From Planctomycetota bacterium (GTDB lineage Bacteria; Planctomycetota; Uabimicrobiia; Uabimicrobiales; JABWCH01): 64,000 nucleotides of DNA. Within the stretch, counting starts at the first letter, position 1; each line of letters opens with the position of its first letter. A program made the translations under genes and the position numbers. The stretch lies in the NCBI GenBank assembly GCA_017993505.1, contig JAGOMP010000005.1, positions 16,537 to 80,536 of the forward strand, in the 5' to 3' direction. Shown here piece by piece: positions 1 to 9,251 of the stretch. The notes beneath the pieces were generated by a model. That model was given only the letters and a program-made list of their open reading frames with translations. It made no database searches and was not told where the DNA came from.

Positions 1-272
1 GTGATTAAATATTTTTTTGTTTCATATACTTGTTGAATAATAGAATGACTGATTTTAGAATGAGCATCTTGTAACCATTCTTGGTCAAAATTTCTAGCAA
101 TGTAAATTTTTTTTTCTTCCCCTAGTAATATAAATCCTCGTTCTGATTCTGTAAGTTGTATAACAGTGTCTAAAAGCATGGGCAGAAGTTCAGTATGACT
201 TTTATTCATATTGATTTGAGCATTGAATTGCAATATCTGGTGTAAAATTTTGTTTTCTTTTTCTATCTCCAT
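1..272 (-). CDS. Partial CDS (N-terminal ~90 aa, continues past window edge); GAF-like sensor domain start
   Basis: ATG at 272-270, frame open to base 1. Own translation: MEIEKENKILHQILQFNAQINMNKSHTELLPMLLDTVIQLTESERGFILLGEEKKIYIARNFDQEWLQDAHSKISHSIIQQVYETKKYLI. The pattern resembles the opening of GAF domains. Absent from the ORF track because there is no stop in the window. Confidence 0.4.
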   Translation of the reverse strand, partial: MEIEKENKILHQILQFNAQINMNKSHTELLPMLLDTVIQLTESERGFILLGEEKKIYIARNFDQEWLQDAHSKISHSIIQQVYETKKYLI

Positions 273-380
273 ATTACTTCCCTTTGTAAATATTTAGTAA
301 AAGTAACCATAGAAACATAAAAAAAGCATTTTTGACATACATATAGGGTATATCAAAAACGCTTAGGGATGATCATGCTT

Positions 381-1502
381 TCACTGTAATAAATTATTAA
401 GGACGTCTCGCTTGATCTCTTGTTGTACCTCTTGTTTCTCCTTTACTGGCTCTTCTTTAGGGGAAACTTGAGTAAGCTTTTGTAAGATAGTATTATTTTT
501 TTCTTCTTTTATTGTTTTCTTTTGTTTTTCTTCTGGATGTTGTAAAAGTAAATTATCTAAAATTTGATTGGAGGTAGACTTTATTTGTTCTTTTTCAAGA
601 GTAGTAAAAAAATCTGCAATTGTTTTACCAGCTTCTGCTCCTGCAGTAGGTTGCTGTTCTTGACGAGCTTGTTCTACAATATGAAGAAAAAAAGTCTCTA
701 ATTTTTCTTGTGGTTTACTAAAGGTTGGTTTTAAATCTTTTTGACGTAGCCAAAGTTGAAGTTCTTTCAACATTTGTTCAGATAAATTATGGAATGTTAG
801 TTGTGTGTCTGATTTTTTGCTTAAAAGTTCTGCAACTGTTCCTTGGGAACGAATTTTTCCACCATATAAAATAGATATTCTATCGCAAATATCTTCTACA
901 TCCGCCAATAAATGGCTACAAAGTAATACTGTTTTCCCATGATTTTTCAGTTGTAAAATTAAATCCTTTATTTCACGAGTGCCAATAGGGTCTAATCCAG
1001 TTGTGGGTTCATCTAAAAAAATCAATTCTGGATCATTAATCAAAGCTTGAGCAATTCCAATTCTGCGAGCCATACCTTTAGAATATTCTTTTAATGGTCT
1101 TTTCCGTGCTTTTGTAAGTCCTACCATCTCCAATAAATCATCTACACGTTTTGCACATATATGACGTGGAAGACCAAAGAGGCGACCATAAAAATATAGA
1201 GCTTCTTCTGCATTTTGATAAGGATATAAATATGTTTCTTCTGGTAAAAAACCAATATATTTTTTATTTCCTACATAACGAGGAGATTTTCCTAAAATGC
1301 GAATTTTCCCTTTACTAGGGAAAAGTAAGCCAAGCATTAACTTTATGGCGGTTGTTTTACCAGATCCGTTAGGACCTAGGAGGCCAAATATTTCCCCTCT
1401 ATACACTGTTAGATTTAAATTATCTAAAGCTCTTGCCTTAATTCTTCCCCAAAAATCGCGAAAATTTTTAGTAAGATTAATAGTTTCAATAATTTCCTGC
1501 AT
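381..1502 (-). CDS. ABC transporter ATP-binding protein (single NBD) with a K/E/Q-rich C-terminal extension of about 130 aa
   Basis: Walker A GPNGSGKTT, signature YSKGMARRIGIAQAL, Walker B LIFLDEPTTGLD, H-loop CSHLL. Confidence 0.9.
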   Translation of the reverse strand: MQEIIETINLTKNFRDFWGRIKARALDNLNLTVYRGEIFGLLGPNGSGKTTAIKLMLGLLFPSKGKIRILGKSPRYVGNKKYIGFLPEETYLYPYQNAEEALYFYGRLFGLPRHICAKRVDDLLEMVGLTKARKRPLKEYSKGMARRIGIAQALINDPELIFLDEPTTGLDPIGTREIKDLILQLKNHGKTVLLCSHLLADVEDICDRISILYGGKIRSQGTVAELLSKKSDTQLTFHNLSEQMLKELQLWLRQKDLKPTFSKPQEKLETFFLHIVEQARQEQQPTAGAEAGKTIADFFTTLEKEQIKSTSNQILDNLLLQHPEEKQKKTIKEEKNNTILQKLTQVSPKEEPVKEKQEVQQEIKRDVLNNLLQ

Positions 1503-1705
1503 TCTATTGCCTTTTCTTTTTTTTTATTACAATAACAACTATGTTTATGGATTGTATCAAAAAAACAAAGAAAAACAAAATAGATTTTTTTGATTTTTTA
1601 CATTTTTCATTCTATTAAAAAAATAGCTATTAAAAAATAGCTATTTTTAATAGGAAAAATTGAGAAGATTTAAAAAAAACTTCTGTTAAAATATATTAGA
1701 AAATA

Positions 1706-2872
1706 TTAATTTAAATATTTTAGAGGAGTGTCAATATCTTTAAGACCATGTCCAGTAATGAGAAGAACAATTTGATCCTTTTTATGAATCATGTTTTGAT
1801 CTTGAATTTTTTCAAGAGCTGCAAGGACAGAACTAGCAGTTGGTTCCGCAAAAATTCCAGTAGTATTGGCTAATGTTTTTTGTGCAGATACAATTTCTTG
1901 ATCAGACACAGTAATAGAAAATCCCTCTGTTTCTAGAACAGCACGACGAGCCATATGGGCATTGCTAGGAATAGAAACAGAAATAGAATCTGCCACTGTT
2001 TGAGGATGGGGAGCATTTTTATATTCGCCTGTTACAATATAATTATGAATCGCATTAGAAGTTTCAGCTTGAACACAAATAAGACGTGGCATTTTATCAA
2101 TGATTTTTGCTTGTTGTAAATCGTAAAACGCTTTATAAACACCACTAATAATGACACCATCGCCTACTGGTACTAAAATAACATCCGGTACTTGAAAATT
2201 ATTTTGTGCAAATATTTCTAGACCTACTGTTTTTTTGCCTTCAATAGTTAGAGGATGATATGCAGTGTTACGGTTTAATCCACCCTTTTCTTTTGTATAC
2301 TGAAGAGATAAAGCAAAGGCATCATCATATGTACCATCTACAGGAATGACAGTGGCACCTGCTAACCTCATTTGTACTAATTTAGCTTTAGGAGCAGACG
2401 CAGGAACAAAAATCACTGCTTTTTTCCCACCACCTGCACAAGCACTGGCCAATGCACTGGCTGCATTTCCAGTAGAAGCTGTTACTAATGTATCTTCACC
2501 TATACGATTGGCTTCTGCTACTAATAAAAAAGACGCTCGATCTTTTAAAGATCCACTAGGATTTAATCCATCATTTTTTATCCAAATATTTTCAAACTTT
2601 AACTTCTTTTCTAAACGAGAAGAACGAAAAAAAGGAGTACTCCCTACAACATATTCTGGGAAATATTTGCGATCTACACAACAAAATAAATCCCAATTGG
2701 GTTGTTCTAGATCAAATTTTTTAGCTATTTTTTTATAATCAAAAATAACTTCTAAAACTCCTTTTAATGGCATTCCTACTTTATAATCAGAGCCACATAT
2801 AGGACAAAGATATTGCACTTCCTTTTGTGAAAATTCTTGTTTACACTCTTGGCAACGATAAATAAAAGACAT
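1706..2872 (-). CDS. thrC: Threonine synthase (PLP-dependent, long form with N-terminal zinc ribbon)
   Basis: PLP-lysine motif NPSGSLKDRA. N-terminal CQECKQ...CPICG ribbon. Length 388 aa typical of the family. Confidence 0.85.
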   Translation of the reverse strand: MSFIYRCQECKQEFSQKEVQYLCPICGSDYKVGMPLKGVLEVIFDYKKIAKKFDLEQPNWDLFCCVDRKYFPEYVVGSTPFFRSSRLEKKLKFENIWIKNDGLNPSGSLKDRASFLLVAEANRIGEDTLVTASTGNAASALASACAGGGKKAVIFVPASAPKAKLVQMRLAGATVIPVDGTYDDAFALSLQYTKEKGGLNRNTAYHPLTIEGKKTVGLEIFAQNNFQVPDVILVPVGDGVIISGVYKAFYDLQQAKIIDKMPRLICVQAETSNAIHNYIVTGEYKNAPHPQTVADSISVSIPSNAHMARRAVLETEGFSITVSDQEIVSAQKTLANTTGIFAEPTASSVLAALEKIQDQNMIHKKDQIVLLITGHGLKDIDTPLKYLN

Positions 2873-2903
2873 GTTTTTACCTTAAAAAATAAGCTAATTC
2901 TAT

Positions 2904-4088
2904 TTATTTTTCCTCATCTTCATGTTCTTCTAGAAATTGTTCCTTTTCTGCTTCTTGAATTTTTTTCAATTCTTTTTGCTTGATTTTTTCTTGGTTTTCA
3001 AAAGTATCAATTTCCATATATTCTGGACCCATATGTAAATATGTTTTTCCATCACCAGAAAGTTTCATGGCACCAATAGGCATTGTTTTTAACAGTCGTT
3101 TTTGATATTGATCTTGTTTTGTCGCATAATAAATATCCATAGTTTGTACGTATAGATCAAATGTACAAAACACAATAGTTTGAGAATTTTCTGAGATAAA
3201 AGGGTATGTATATGATACACGTTTTTCTGAAATGTCTCGTTTCAATTTTCCATCTAAAGAAATAATATATGTTTCCCAATCTTTTCGAAAAACATTGTAA
3301 AATAAAATATCGTCTGTGCCAGCAAAACCACCAATTCCATATCCTTGGTCAATTTCTTTTAATTGTTGATTTTTATAATAGTAGAGAGTCATGCTAACTA
3401 AAGTATCTTCTGTGCTATGTTTTTTTGTTGCAAAATATGCCATATCCCCTGAAATTAGTTGAAAAGTATAAGGTTGCATACCTATTTTTTTATAAACATC
3501 CTCTAAATTCATTTTTTTTATAAATTGAACTTGGTTTGTTTTCTCATTGTGCAATAATTCAACAACATAATCACCTTCCCAGTATTGTCTTCTATCATAA
3601 AAATAGCCTGACAAGTATATTTTATTTTTCCAACTCACTACTAAAGTTTCTGTTTTAAATCCTGGTTGATTTTTTTTATATTCAAAGATCGTGGTGATTT
3701 GTAATGTTTTTAAATCAACACTAATGATTTTACTTCCATAATCTCCAACAATAATAGCAGTTTTTTCATTATTAATTAAGCCGATCCCTACTAAAAAACT
3801 AAAGGGAAGGATCACAGTTTTGATTTGAAATTTTTCATTGGTCTGAAAATGAATTATTCGGAGAGCATATATTTCTCCCTTTTTTTTATGTTCAAAATCT
3901 AAAAAATCATATCCAATGGCAAAATTTCCTTTGGAAGATAAAATTGCCATTTTAAATTGCGAAGGATTAATCCCTTCTTTCTTTAAATCATCTCTTGTAA
4001 TTTTCCATTGTGCATGCATGGATCCGCAAAATATACTGAGCAATAAGAAAAAAAACAATACTCTTTTATGCATCATGTTATACTCCAT
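2904..4088 (-). CDS. Secreted hypothetical protein, copy A1 of a duplicated pair (repetitive beta-strand-rich, propeller-like impression; acidic/K-rich tail)
   Basis: Signal peptide (RVLFFFLLLSIFCGSMHAQ). Aligns end-to-end with the 5322-6488 product. The likelier start is ATG 4076, preceded by GGAG. Confidence 0.7.
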   Translation of the reverse strand: MEYNMMHKRVLFFFLLLSIFCGSMHAQWKITRDDLKKEGINPSQFKMAILSSKGNFAIGYDFLDFEHKKKGEIYALRIIHFQTNEKFQIKTVILPFSFLVGIGLINNEKTAIIVGDYGSKIISVDLKTLQITTIFEYKKNQPGFKTETLVVSWKNKIYLSGYFYDRRQYWEGDYVVELLHNEKTNQVQFIKKMNLEDVYKKIGMQPYTFQLISGDMAYFATKKHSTEDTLVSMTLYYYKNQQLKEIDQGYGIGGFAGTDDILFYNVFRKDWETYIISLDGKLKRDISEKRVSYTYPFISENSQTIVFCTFDLYVQTMDIYYATKQDQYQKRLLKTMPIGAMKLSGDGKTYLHMGPEYMEIDTFENQEKIKQKELKKIQEAEKEQFLEEHEDEEK

Positions 4089-4100
4089 ACGAATATAAAA

Positions 4101-4131
4101 ATAAAGGACTACCGAAAAAGTAGTCCTTTAT
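4101..4131 (-). terminator. Hairpin (stem ATAAAGGACTAC / GTAGTCCTTTAT) flanked by A/T runs, downstream of B1
   Basis: Perfect 12-bp inverted repeat read directly. T-run follows on both strands. The same stem sequence recurs at 6524-6554. Confidence 0.7.
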
Positions 4132-4154
4132 TTTTGTAATAAGCAAATATTATC

Positions 4155-5246
4155 TTATTTTGTTTTTTTTACCATAAAAAAATTAGGATGCCAATCCCAC
4201 ATGACTTGGCGTTTTCCATTTTGAATAAAATAAGATTTCATATCAGAATGCAATACACATAATTCTGTAATGCCTAATTCTTCTAAAGATAGAATTTCAC
4301 CAGCATCTACTTTTGCATTTTGATTGGCATCTCGCCATACTTTAATATTGGCTAATTCTTCACCAGTTAATTTAAGATCATTGTTTGTATCAAAAGATTT
4401 TAGTCTTTCAAATCCATCGGTAAAGCCTAAAGCATTTCCAAAAAGATTTTTACCAGAAATTTCTTCACCAGGTGTGTAAGTAATGAGTAGACCATCATTG
4501 GGACCAACCCATTCCACTAATTCATCAAATCCATCTCCATTGATGTCAAAATTAACGAGTTTAGAATGGTCTTGATTATATTTGTGAGGCAACCATTCGC
4601 CATTGGATGCTTCTAGTTTTCCATCACCATCAAGATCTAGAACAATAGGAGTTGTATCTGCATAAGCATGAATTCTATAACGTTCGCCACTACCAAAGGT
4701 TAAGTCTAAAATATCTTTAGAATAACTCCATTCACCTTCTACAGTTGTGTTTCTACCTAAATATAAATCAACAACTCTTCGTTCTTTAGTTTCATCAATT
4801 TCTCGAATTGTGTTTGCAAAATAATCATCTTGAGGTAAATTACCAAAAGTACTGATTATACCAGAATTTGTATTGATCAAATTAGTAAAAACTTCTGCAG
4901 AAGCTGTATTTTGATTGTAATATTTTAAAAGACGATTTTTTAAATCTTTACCTTCCTGAGTTACTCCATCAAAATATGAACTTTTTCCTAAAGTTGCTGT
5001 GACTTTCCAACCCCAATTTTCATGGATTCCAATTTTGCTATAAGTTGAAGCACTATTATCACGGCCAGTAATAAATCCAATTACCTCATAGATATTACAT
5101 GCATTAAAAAATGATCCTACTGTTGAAATTTTTAAAAATTCACTACCACGATTTCCAGTATAAGGTTTGTCAAGATTGGATGTGGCACTCCAATCTGCTT
5201 GTACAACTACACTGAGTACAAGGACTATAATTAATAAATATCTCAT
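4155..5246 (-). CDS. Secreted calcium-loop (DxDxDG / EF-hand-like) protein, copy B1
   Basis: Loops LDLDGDGKLE, FDINGDGFDE, FDTNNDLKLTGEE. Start moved to ATG 5246 (MRYLLIIVLVLSVVVQA signal peptide, AAGGAG RBS) by alignment with paralog B2; the track ORF extends to 5318. Confidence 0.75.
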   Translation of the reverse strand: MRYLLIIVLVLSVVVQADWSATSNLDKPYTGNRGSEFLKISTVGSFFNACNIYEVIGFITGRDNSASTYSKIGIHENWGWKVTATLGKSSYFDGVTQEGKDLKNRLLKYYNQNTASAEVFTNLINTNSGIISTFGNLPQDDYFANTIREIDETKERRVVDLYLGRNTTVEGEWSYSKDILDLTFGSGERYRIHAYADTTPIVLDLDGDGKLEASNGEWLPHKYNQDHSKLVNFDINGDGFDELVEWVGPNDGLLITYTPGEEISGKNLFGNALGFTDGFERLKSFDTNNDLKLTGEELANIKVWRDANQNAKVDAGEILSLEELGITELCVLHSDMKSYFIQNGKRQVMWDWHPNFFMVKKTK

Positions 5247-5321
5247 GTTTTTACTCCTTAAAGGATATATATTATAAAAACAACGGTTATGTAATAAAGA
5301 GAATAATCTATATAACATATA

Positions 5322-6488
5322 TTATTCATCTTTTTTATTTTCTTCTAAATCTAATTCTTTTTCTGCTTGCTCTTTTTCTGCTTGCTCTTGCTGTAATTTT
5401 TCTTGATTAGCGAATGTATCAATTTCAATATATTCAGGTCCTATATGTAAATAAGTAGTCCCATCTCCAGATAGTTTCATTGCACCAATAGGCATTGTTT
5501 TTAAAAATTTAGGCTCGTATTTATCTTTTTTCTGTGCATAATATATATCCATAGTCTGCACATAAATATCAATGGTACAATAGACAATCGTTTCTGAATT
5601 ATCAGAAATAAAAGGATATGTATAGGGAATATTTTTCTGACTAATATTATGTTTCCATTTTCCATCTATAGATTGTATATACGCTTCCCAAGAATTTTTA
5701 AATACTGTATAAAAGACAACGTCTTCTGTACCAGCAAAAGCACCTATTGTAAGCCCTGACGCAATTTTTTCTACTTTTTTATTCTTATAAAAATATAAAT
5801 CCATTTGAGGACGATTTTTACTATCTCTTTGTCTTGGTATTCCAAAATAAGCCATATTTCCTGAAATGAGTTGATAAATATATGGTTGACCACCTATTTG
5901 AGAATAAGCATCTTGTAGATTAATTTTTTTATAAAATTCAATATTATTTGTATCTTCAGATACAATAAGTTCTGCAACATAATCACCTAACCAATATTGG
6001 TCTTTATCATAAAAATATCCAGAAAGATATACTTTATTTTTAAAACCTACGACTAAAGTTCCTGTCCGAAATCCTGGTTGCTTAGGTTGGTATTCAAAAA
6101 TAGTTTTTATTTCTAATGTTTTTAAATCAAGAATAATGATCTTAGTACCATAATTTCCTACAATAATAGCTTTTTTTTCATTTTGAATTAAGCCTATCCC
6201 AACAAGAAAAGTAAAAGGCAATACAACTGATTTTACCTCAAATGCATTATTAGGTTTTAAATATATTAAGTGTAAAGCATAAATTTCACCTTTTTTTCTA
6301 TGCTCTAAATCTAAATATTCATACCCAATAGCTAAATTACCTTTTGTTGTTAAGATTGCCATTTTAAAACTACTATGTTCAATTCCTGCTTTGGCTAAAT
6401 CTTCTTTAGATATTTGCCACTGTCCTTGTATAGACAATGAGAAAAAAAAGAATAGTATAAAATACAAATGTATTTTTTTTATTGGCAT
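5322..6488 (-). CDS. Secreted hypothetical protein, copy A2 (paralog of 2904-4088)
   Basis: Signal peptide. Colinear similarity to A1, e.g. FKMAILTTKGNLAIGYEYLDLEHRKKGEIYAL versus FKMAILSSKGNFAIGYDFLDFEHKKKGEIYAL. AGGAG RBS. Confidence 0.7.
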   Translation of the reverse strand: MPIKKIHLYFILFFFFSLSIQGQWQISKEDLAKAGIEHSSFKMAILTTKGNLAIGYEYLDLEHRKKGEIYALHLIYLKPNNAFEVKSVVLPFTFLVGIGLIQNEKKAIIVGNYGTKIIILDLKTLEIKTIFEYQPKQPGFRTGTLVVGFKNKVYLSGYFYDKDQYWLGDYVAELIVSEDTNNIEFYKKINLQDAYSQIGGQPYIYQLISGNMAYFGIPRQRDSKNRPQMDLYFYKNKKVEKIASGLTIGAFAGTEDVVFYTVFKNSWEAYIQSIDGKWKHNISQKNIPYTYPFISDNSETIVYCTIDIYVQTMDIYYAQKKDKYEPKFLKTMPIGAMKLSGDGTTYLHIGPEYIEIDTFANQEKLQQEQAEKEQAEKELDLEENKKDE

Positions 6489-6523
6489 ATATAAAACTCC
6501 TATGTATCTTACACAAATTACAT

Positions 6524-6554
6524 AAATAAAGGACTACTTTGTAGTCCTTTATTT
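6524..6554 (-). terminator. Hairpin (AAATAAAGGACTAC / GTAGTCCTTTATTT) downstream of B2; duplicate of the 4101-4131 hairpin
   Basis: Perfect 14-bp inverted repeat with a 3-nt loop, read directly. Confidence 0.65.
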
Positions 6555-6589
6555 ATATATTTTAGTATGGCAATTATTACTCTACTTTA

Positions 6590-7642
6590 TTATCTTGTTT
6601 TTTTGATCATTAAAACATTAGGATACCAATCCCACATAACTCGTTTTTCACCATTTTGAATAAAATAGGATTTCATATCAGAATGTAGTACACATAATTC
6701 TGTGATGCCTAATTCTTCAAGAGTTAAGATTTCACCAGCATCTACTTTTGCATTTTGATTTGCATCTCTCCATACTTTGATATTTGCTAATTCTTCGCCA
6801 GATACTTTAAGATCATTGTTTGTATCGAAAGTAGATAATCTTTCATATCCATTGCTAAATCCTAATGCTGTACCAAATAAATTTTTACCTGTTACTTTTT
6901 CGCCTGGTGTGTAAGTAATCAATAGACCATCATTAGGACCAACCCATTCTACAGCTTCATCAAATCCATCATTGTTAATATCAAATTGAACTAAAGTTTC
7001 ACGATAGATATGATTTTCATGAGGTAGCCATTGTCCATTAGATGCTTCTAATTTACCATCGCCATCAAGATCTAGTACAAGAGGTGTGGAATTTGCATAA
7101 GCATGGATAGTGTATTTAGAACCATCACTAAATGTTAGTTTAAGAATGTCTTGGTCATAATTTCTTTGACCTTCCACTGTAGTGTTACGTCCTAAATATA
7201 TTTGAATATTCGTTCTACTTAGACCATTATTATCTATTTTATCAGTTTCTTCTTTCCAGTAGTCACTATCTGGTAATGCACCTAGTGTGCCAAGAGAATA
7301 ATTTGTATTTACAGCACTATCAAACACTTCACTAGAAGAAGTATTTGTATTGTAAAATTTTTGTAATTTATTGATCAATGTAGTGTCTCTTGCACCGCCC
7401 CAATAAGTTCTACTTACTTCAGCTTCTTCAGAAACAGTACTGGCATCATCTTGAATACCAATTAAAAAACCAAGAACCTCTTTTATAGAGCAGTTATCAA
7501 AAAAAGTTCCTACTGACTTCATTGTCATAAATGTAGAACCACGATTACCACTATAAGGTTTATCAAGGTTGCTAGAAGGACTCCATGCTTGACCTTGTGC
7601 TAGTACACTGAGTACTAGTAATAAAATTAATAAATATCTCAT
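6590..7642 (-). CDS. Secreted calcium-loop (DxDxDG / EF-hand-like) protein, copy B2
   Basis: Signal peptide MRYLLILLLVLSVLAQG. LDLDGDGKLE, FDINNDGFDE, FDTNNDLKVSGEE. The C-terminal ~110 aa are nearly identical to B1. Confidence 0.8.
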   Translation of the reverse strand: MRYLLILLLVLSVLAQGQAWSPSSNLDKPYSGNRGSTFMTMKSVGTFFDNCSIKEVLGFLIGIQDDASTVSEEAEVSRTYWGGARDTTLINKLQKFYNTNTSSSEVFDSAVNTNYSLGTLGALPDSDYWKEETDKIDNNGLSRTNIQIYLGRNTTVEGQRNYDQDILKLTFSDGSKYTIHAYANSTPLVLDLDGDGKLEASNGQWLPHENHIYRETLVQFDINNDGFDEAVEWVGPNDGLLITYTPGEKVTGKNLFGTALGFSNGYERLSTFDTNNDLKVSGEELANIKVWRDANQNAKVDAGEILTLEELGITELCVLHSDMKSYFIQNGEKRVMWDWYPNVLMIKKTR

Positions 7643-7871
7643 GTTTTTACCCCTTTAATGAAAATATAAAATAATTCATTGTAGACGTTATATATATATA
7701 TTCTGTTATTTATATATATTAATAACGTTGATAAAAATAATTGGTTATAATTTCAGTAAGTACTTCGTACTCTACTGTCACTATTATTATACGATATATT
7801 TTCTAAAAAAACCAGTTTTTTATTTTTTATTCTTGATTTTTTTTTATGACATTATATAGTATTCTACAGTT

Positions 7872-7945
7872 GTGTCTATAGCTCAGATGGATAGAGCGTT
7901 AGCCTCCGGAGCTAAAGGTCTTGGGTTCGACTCCCAATAGACACG
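7872..7945 (+). tRNA. tRNA-Arg (anticodon CCG)
   Basis: Hand-folded cloverleaf: acceptor GTGTCTA/TAGACAC, D arm GCTC-AGATGGATA-GAGC, anticodon arm TTAGC-CTCCGGA-GCTAA, T arm TTGGG-TTCGACT-CCCAA. 74 nt, no encoded CCA. Confidence 0.9.
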
Positions 7946-7991
7946 GAATAGAGCGATGTTGCATTGATTTAGATTCAACATCGCTCTATTC
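7946..7991. terminator. Bidirectional rho-independent-type hairpin between the tRNA and the convergent STAS-fusion gene
   Basis: Perfect 16-bp inverted repeat GAATAGAGCGATGTTG ... CAACATCGCTCTATTC with a 14-nt loop, followed by TATTTATTT. Confidence 0.8.
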
Positions 7992-8019
7992 TATTTATTT
8001 TATAGTGTATTTTTTTTAA

Positions 8020-9096
8020 TTATATGCCATATGGGTTGCTTCTTGTTTTTTTATTAAATGATTTTGCAAAGGAAATAATGTTGCCACCTTTGGGGTGTTG
8101 TGTATGTTCAAATTCATCCATAGTTTTTGAAGTTTTTGGAAAAATATTATCGTCATATATATATTTTCCATAATCTGAGATTTGAACTTTAAGATCAAGA
8201 GATGAGGGGGTGATTACAACATTATAAGATAAATATTGTTTGTTATCATAGGCTTTTTCCATCACTACACTACATACTTCAAAAATTGCATCCTTGAGTT
8301 GTAAAACATCTTCTGTAGAAAAACCAATACGTGTTGCCAATACAGCAACAAATTCAGCAAGTCCATGCATACATTCATCTGTACAGGAAAGCTTCATTTG
8401 CAGTGGTGATGTTTTTTTACGTTCTGAAAAAGTCACTCTACCATCTTCAAATAATTTAAAAAATGTGGCACAACGAGGACACTTGTAACTTCCTGGTTTA
8501 GGAATATTAAGTTTCACTTTGCAAATGGCACATATTAATGAAAAGGGAGCACCAGGTTCACTAGGTGGATTTACTTTTGTTGTAAGAATATTATTGATAG
8601 GGGATGATACTGGTGCAGAATGTGTTGAAGGTGGTTGTTGTGTGATAGATCTCGTTTGTGTAATGCGGGGAGGTCGAGCAATTTCTTGAAATCCTGTAGA
8701 CGCAGTAGATACGGGACTTCCTTTCCCAGCATCTTTGTCGCTTTTTTGGAAATGGCTCAGTGCTTCCTCTTCATTGGAATAAATTTTGAAAAATGCATTG
8801 AGCCCCAACATGTCAAAAACGACTTTAACTTTAGGATGAATTTTGATAAGAGCAATTCCACCGCCTTTTGTTTCTAATTCATCAGCAACATTAACTAATG
8901 TACCTAAACCTGTACTGTTTACGTATTTGATGCCTTCCATGTCTAATATAAATCGTGTATAGCCTTCTAATTGAAATTGATCCAATTTTTCTTGGAATAA
9001 TACAACGGTTTTAGCATCAATTGATCCGTTGATTTTTACCAAGGCGGCTGTTTCCATTTGTTGAAGTCTTTCGACATTGAATGTAAGTTCCGCCAC
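8020..9096 (-). CDS. Fusion protein: N-terminal STAS (anti-sigma-factor antagonist-like), P/S/T-rich linker, CxxC...CxxC zinc ribbon, C-terminal anti-sigma kinase-like (HATPase_c_2-like, degenerate) region
   Basis: STAS-like: INGSIDAKTVVLFQEKL...FILDMEGIKYVNSTGLGTLVNV...KVKVVFDMLGLNAFFKIY. Ribbon: CAICKVKLNIPKPGSYKCPRC. C-terminal LAEFVAVLATRIGFSTEDVLQLKDAIFEVCSVVMEKAY...LKVQISDYGKYI resembles RsbW/SpoIIAB but lacks a clear N-box Asn. GTG start. Confidence 0.6.
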   Translation of the reverse strand: MAELTFNVERLQQMETAALVKINGSIDAKTVVLFQEKLDQFQLEGYTRFILDMEGIKYVNSTGLGTLVNVADELETKGGGIALIKIHPKVKVVFDMLGLNAFFKIYSNEEEALSHFQKSDKDAGKGSPVSTASTGFQEIARPPRITQTRSITQQPPSTHSAPVSSPINNILTTKVNPPSEPGAPFSLICAICKVKLNIPKPGSYKCPRCATFFKLFEDGRVTFSERKKTSPLQMKLSCTDECMHGLAEFVAVLATRIGFSTEDVLQLKDAIFEVCSVVMEKAYDNKQYLSYNVVITPSSLDLKVQISDYGKYIYDDNIFPKTSKTMDEFEHTQHPKGGNIISFAKSFNKKTRSNPYGI

Positions 9097-9251
9097 AGGA
9101 CACCCGCTCCTAAAAATATGTACTTCTAAAATGATTAGTTTAGTTTTAACTAATTATTAGATTATCATTAAAAAATATAATTTTAGAATATTTTTTTATT
9201 CCAAATACCCTCCACTCATACTCTATAAAATACATAAAAGTGTGTGATTAG

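Noticed and set aside
1610-1655. Hairpin or terminator between thrC and the ABC ATPase gene (CTATTAAAAA...TTTTTAATAG; direct repeat AAAAATAGCTATT x2)
   Set aside because: The stem is composed only of A-T pairs, and its low predicted stability makes a terminator call unsupported. It is noted only as related to other TAGCTA-containing repeats.
8016-8198. 60-aa minus-strand ORF overlapping the 3' end of the STAS-fusion gene
   Set aside because: It lies entirely inside the longer, motif-supported ORF in another frame, with no RBS. Treated as spurious.
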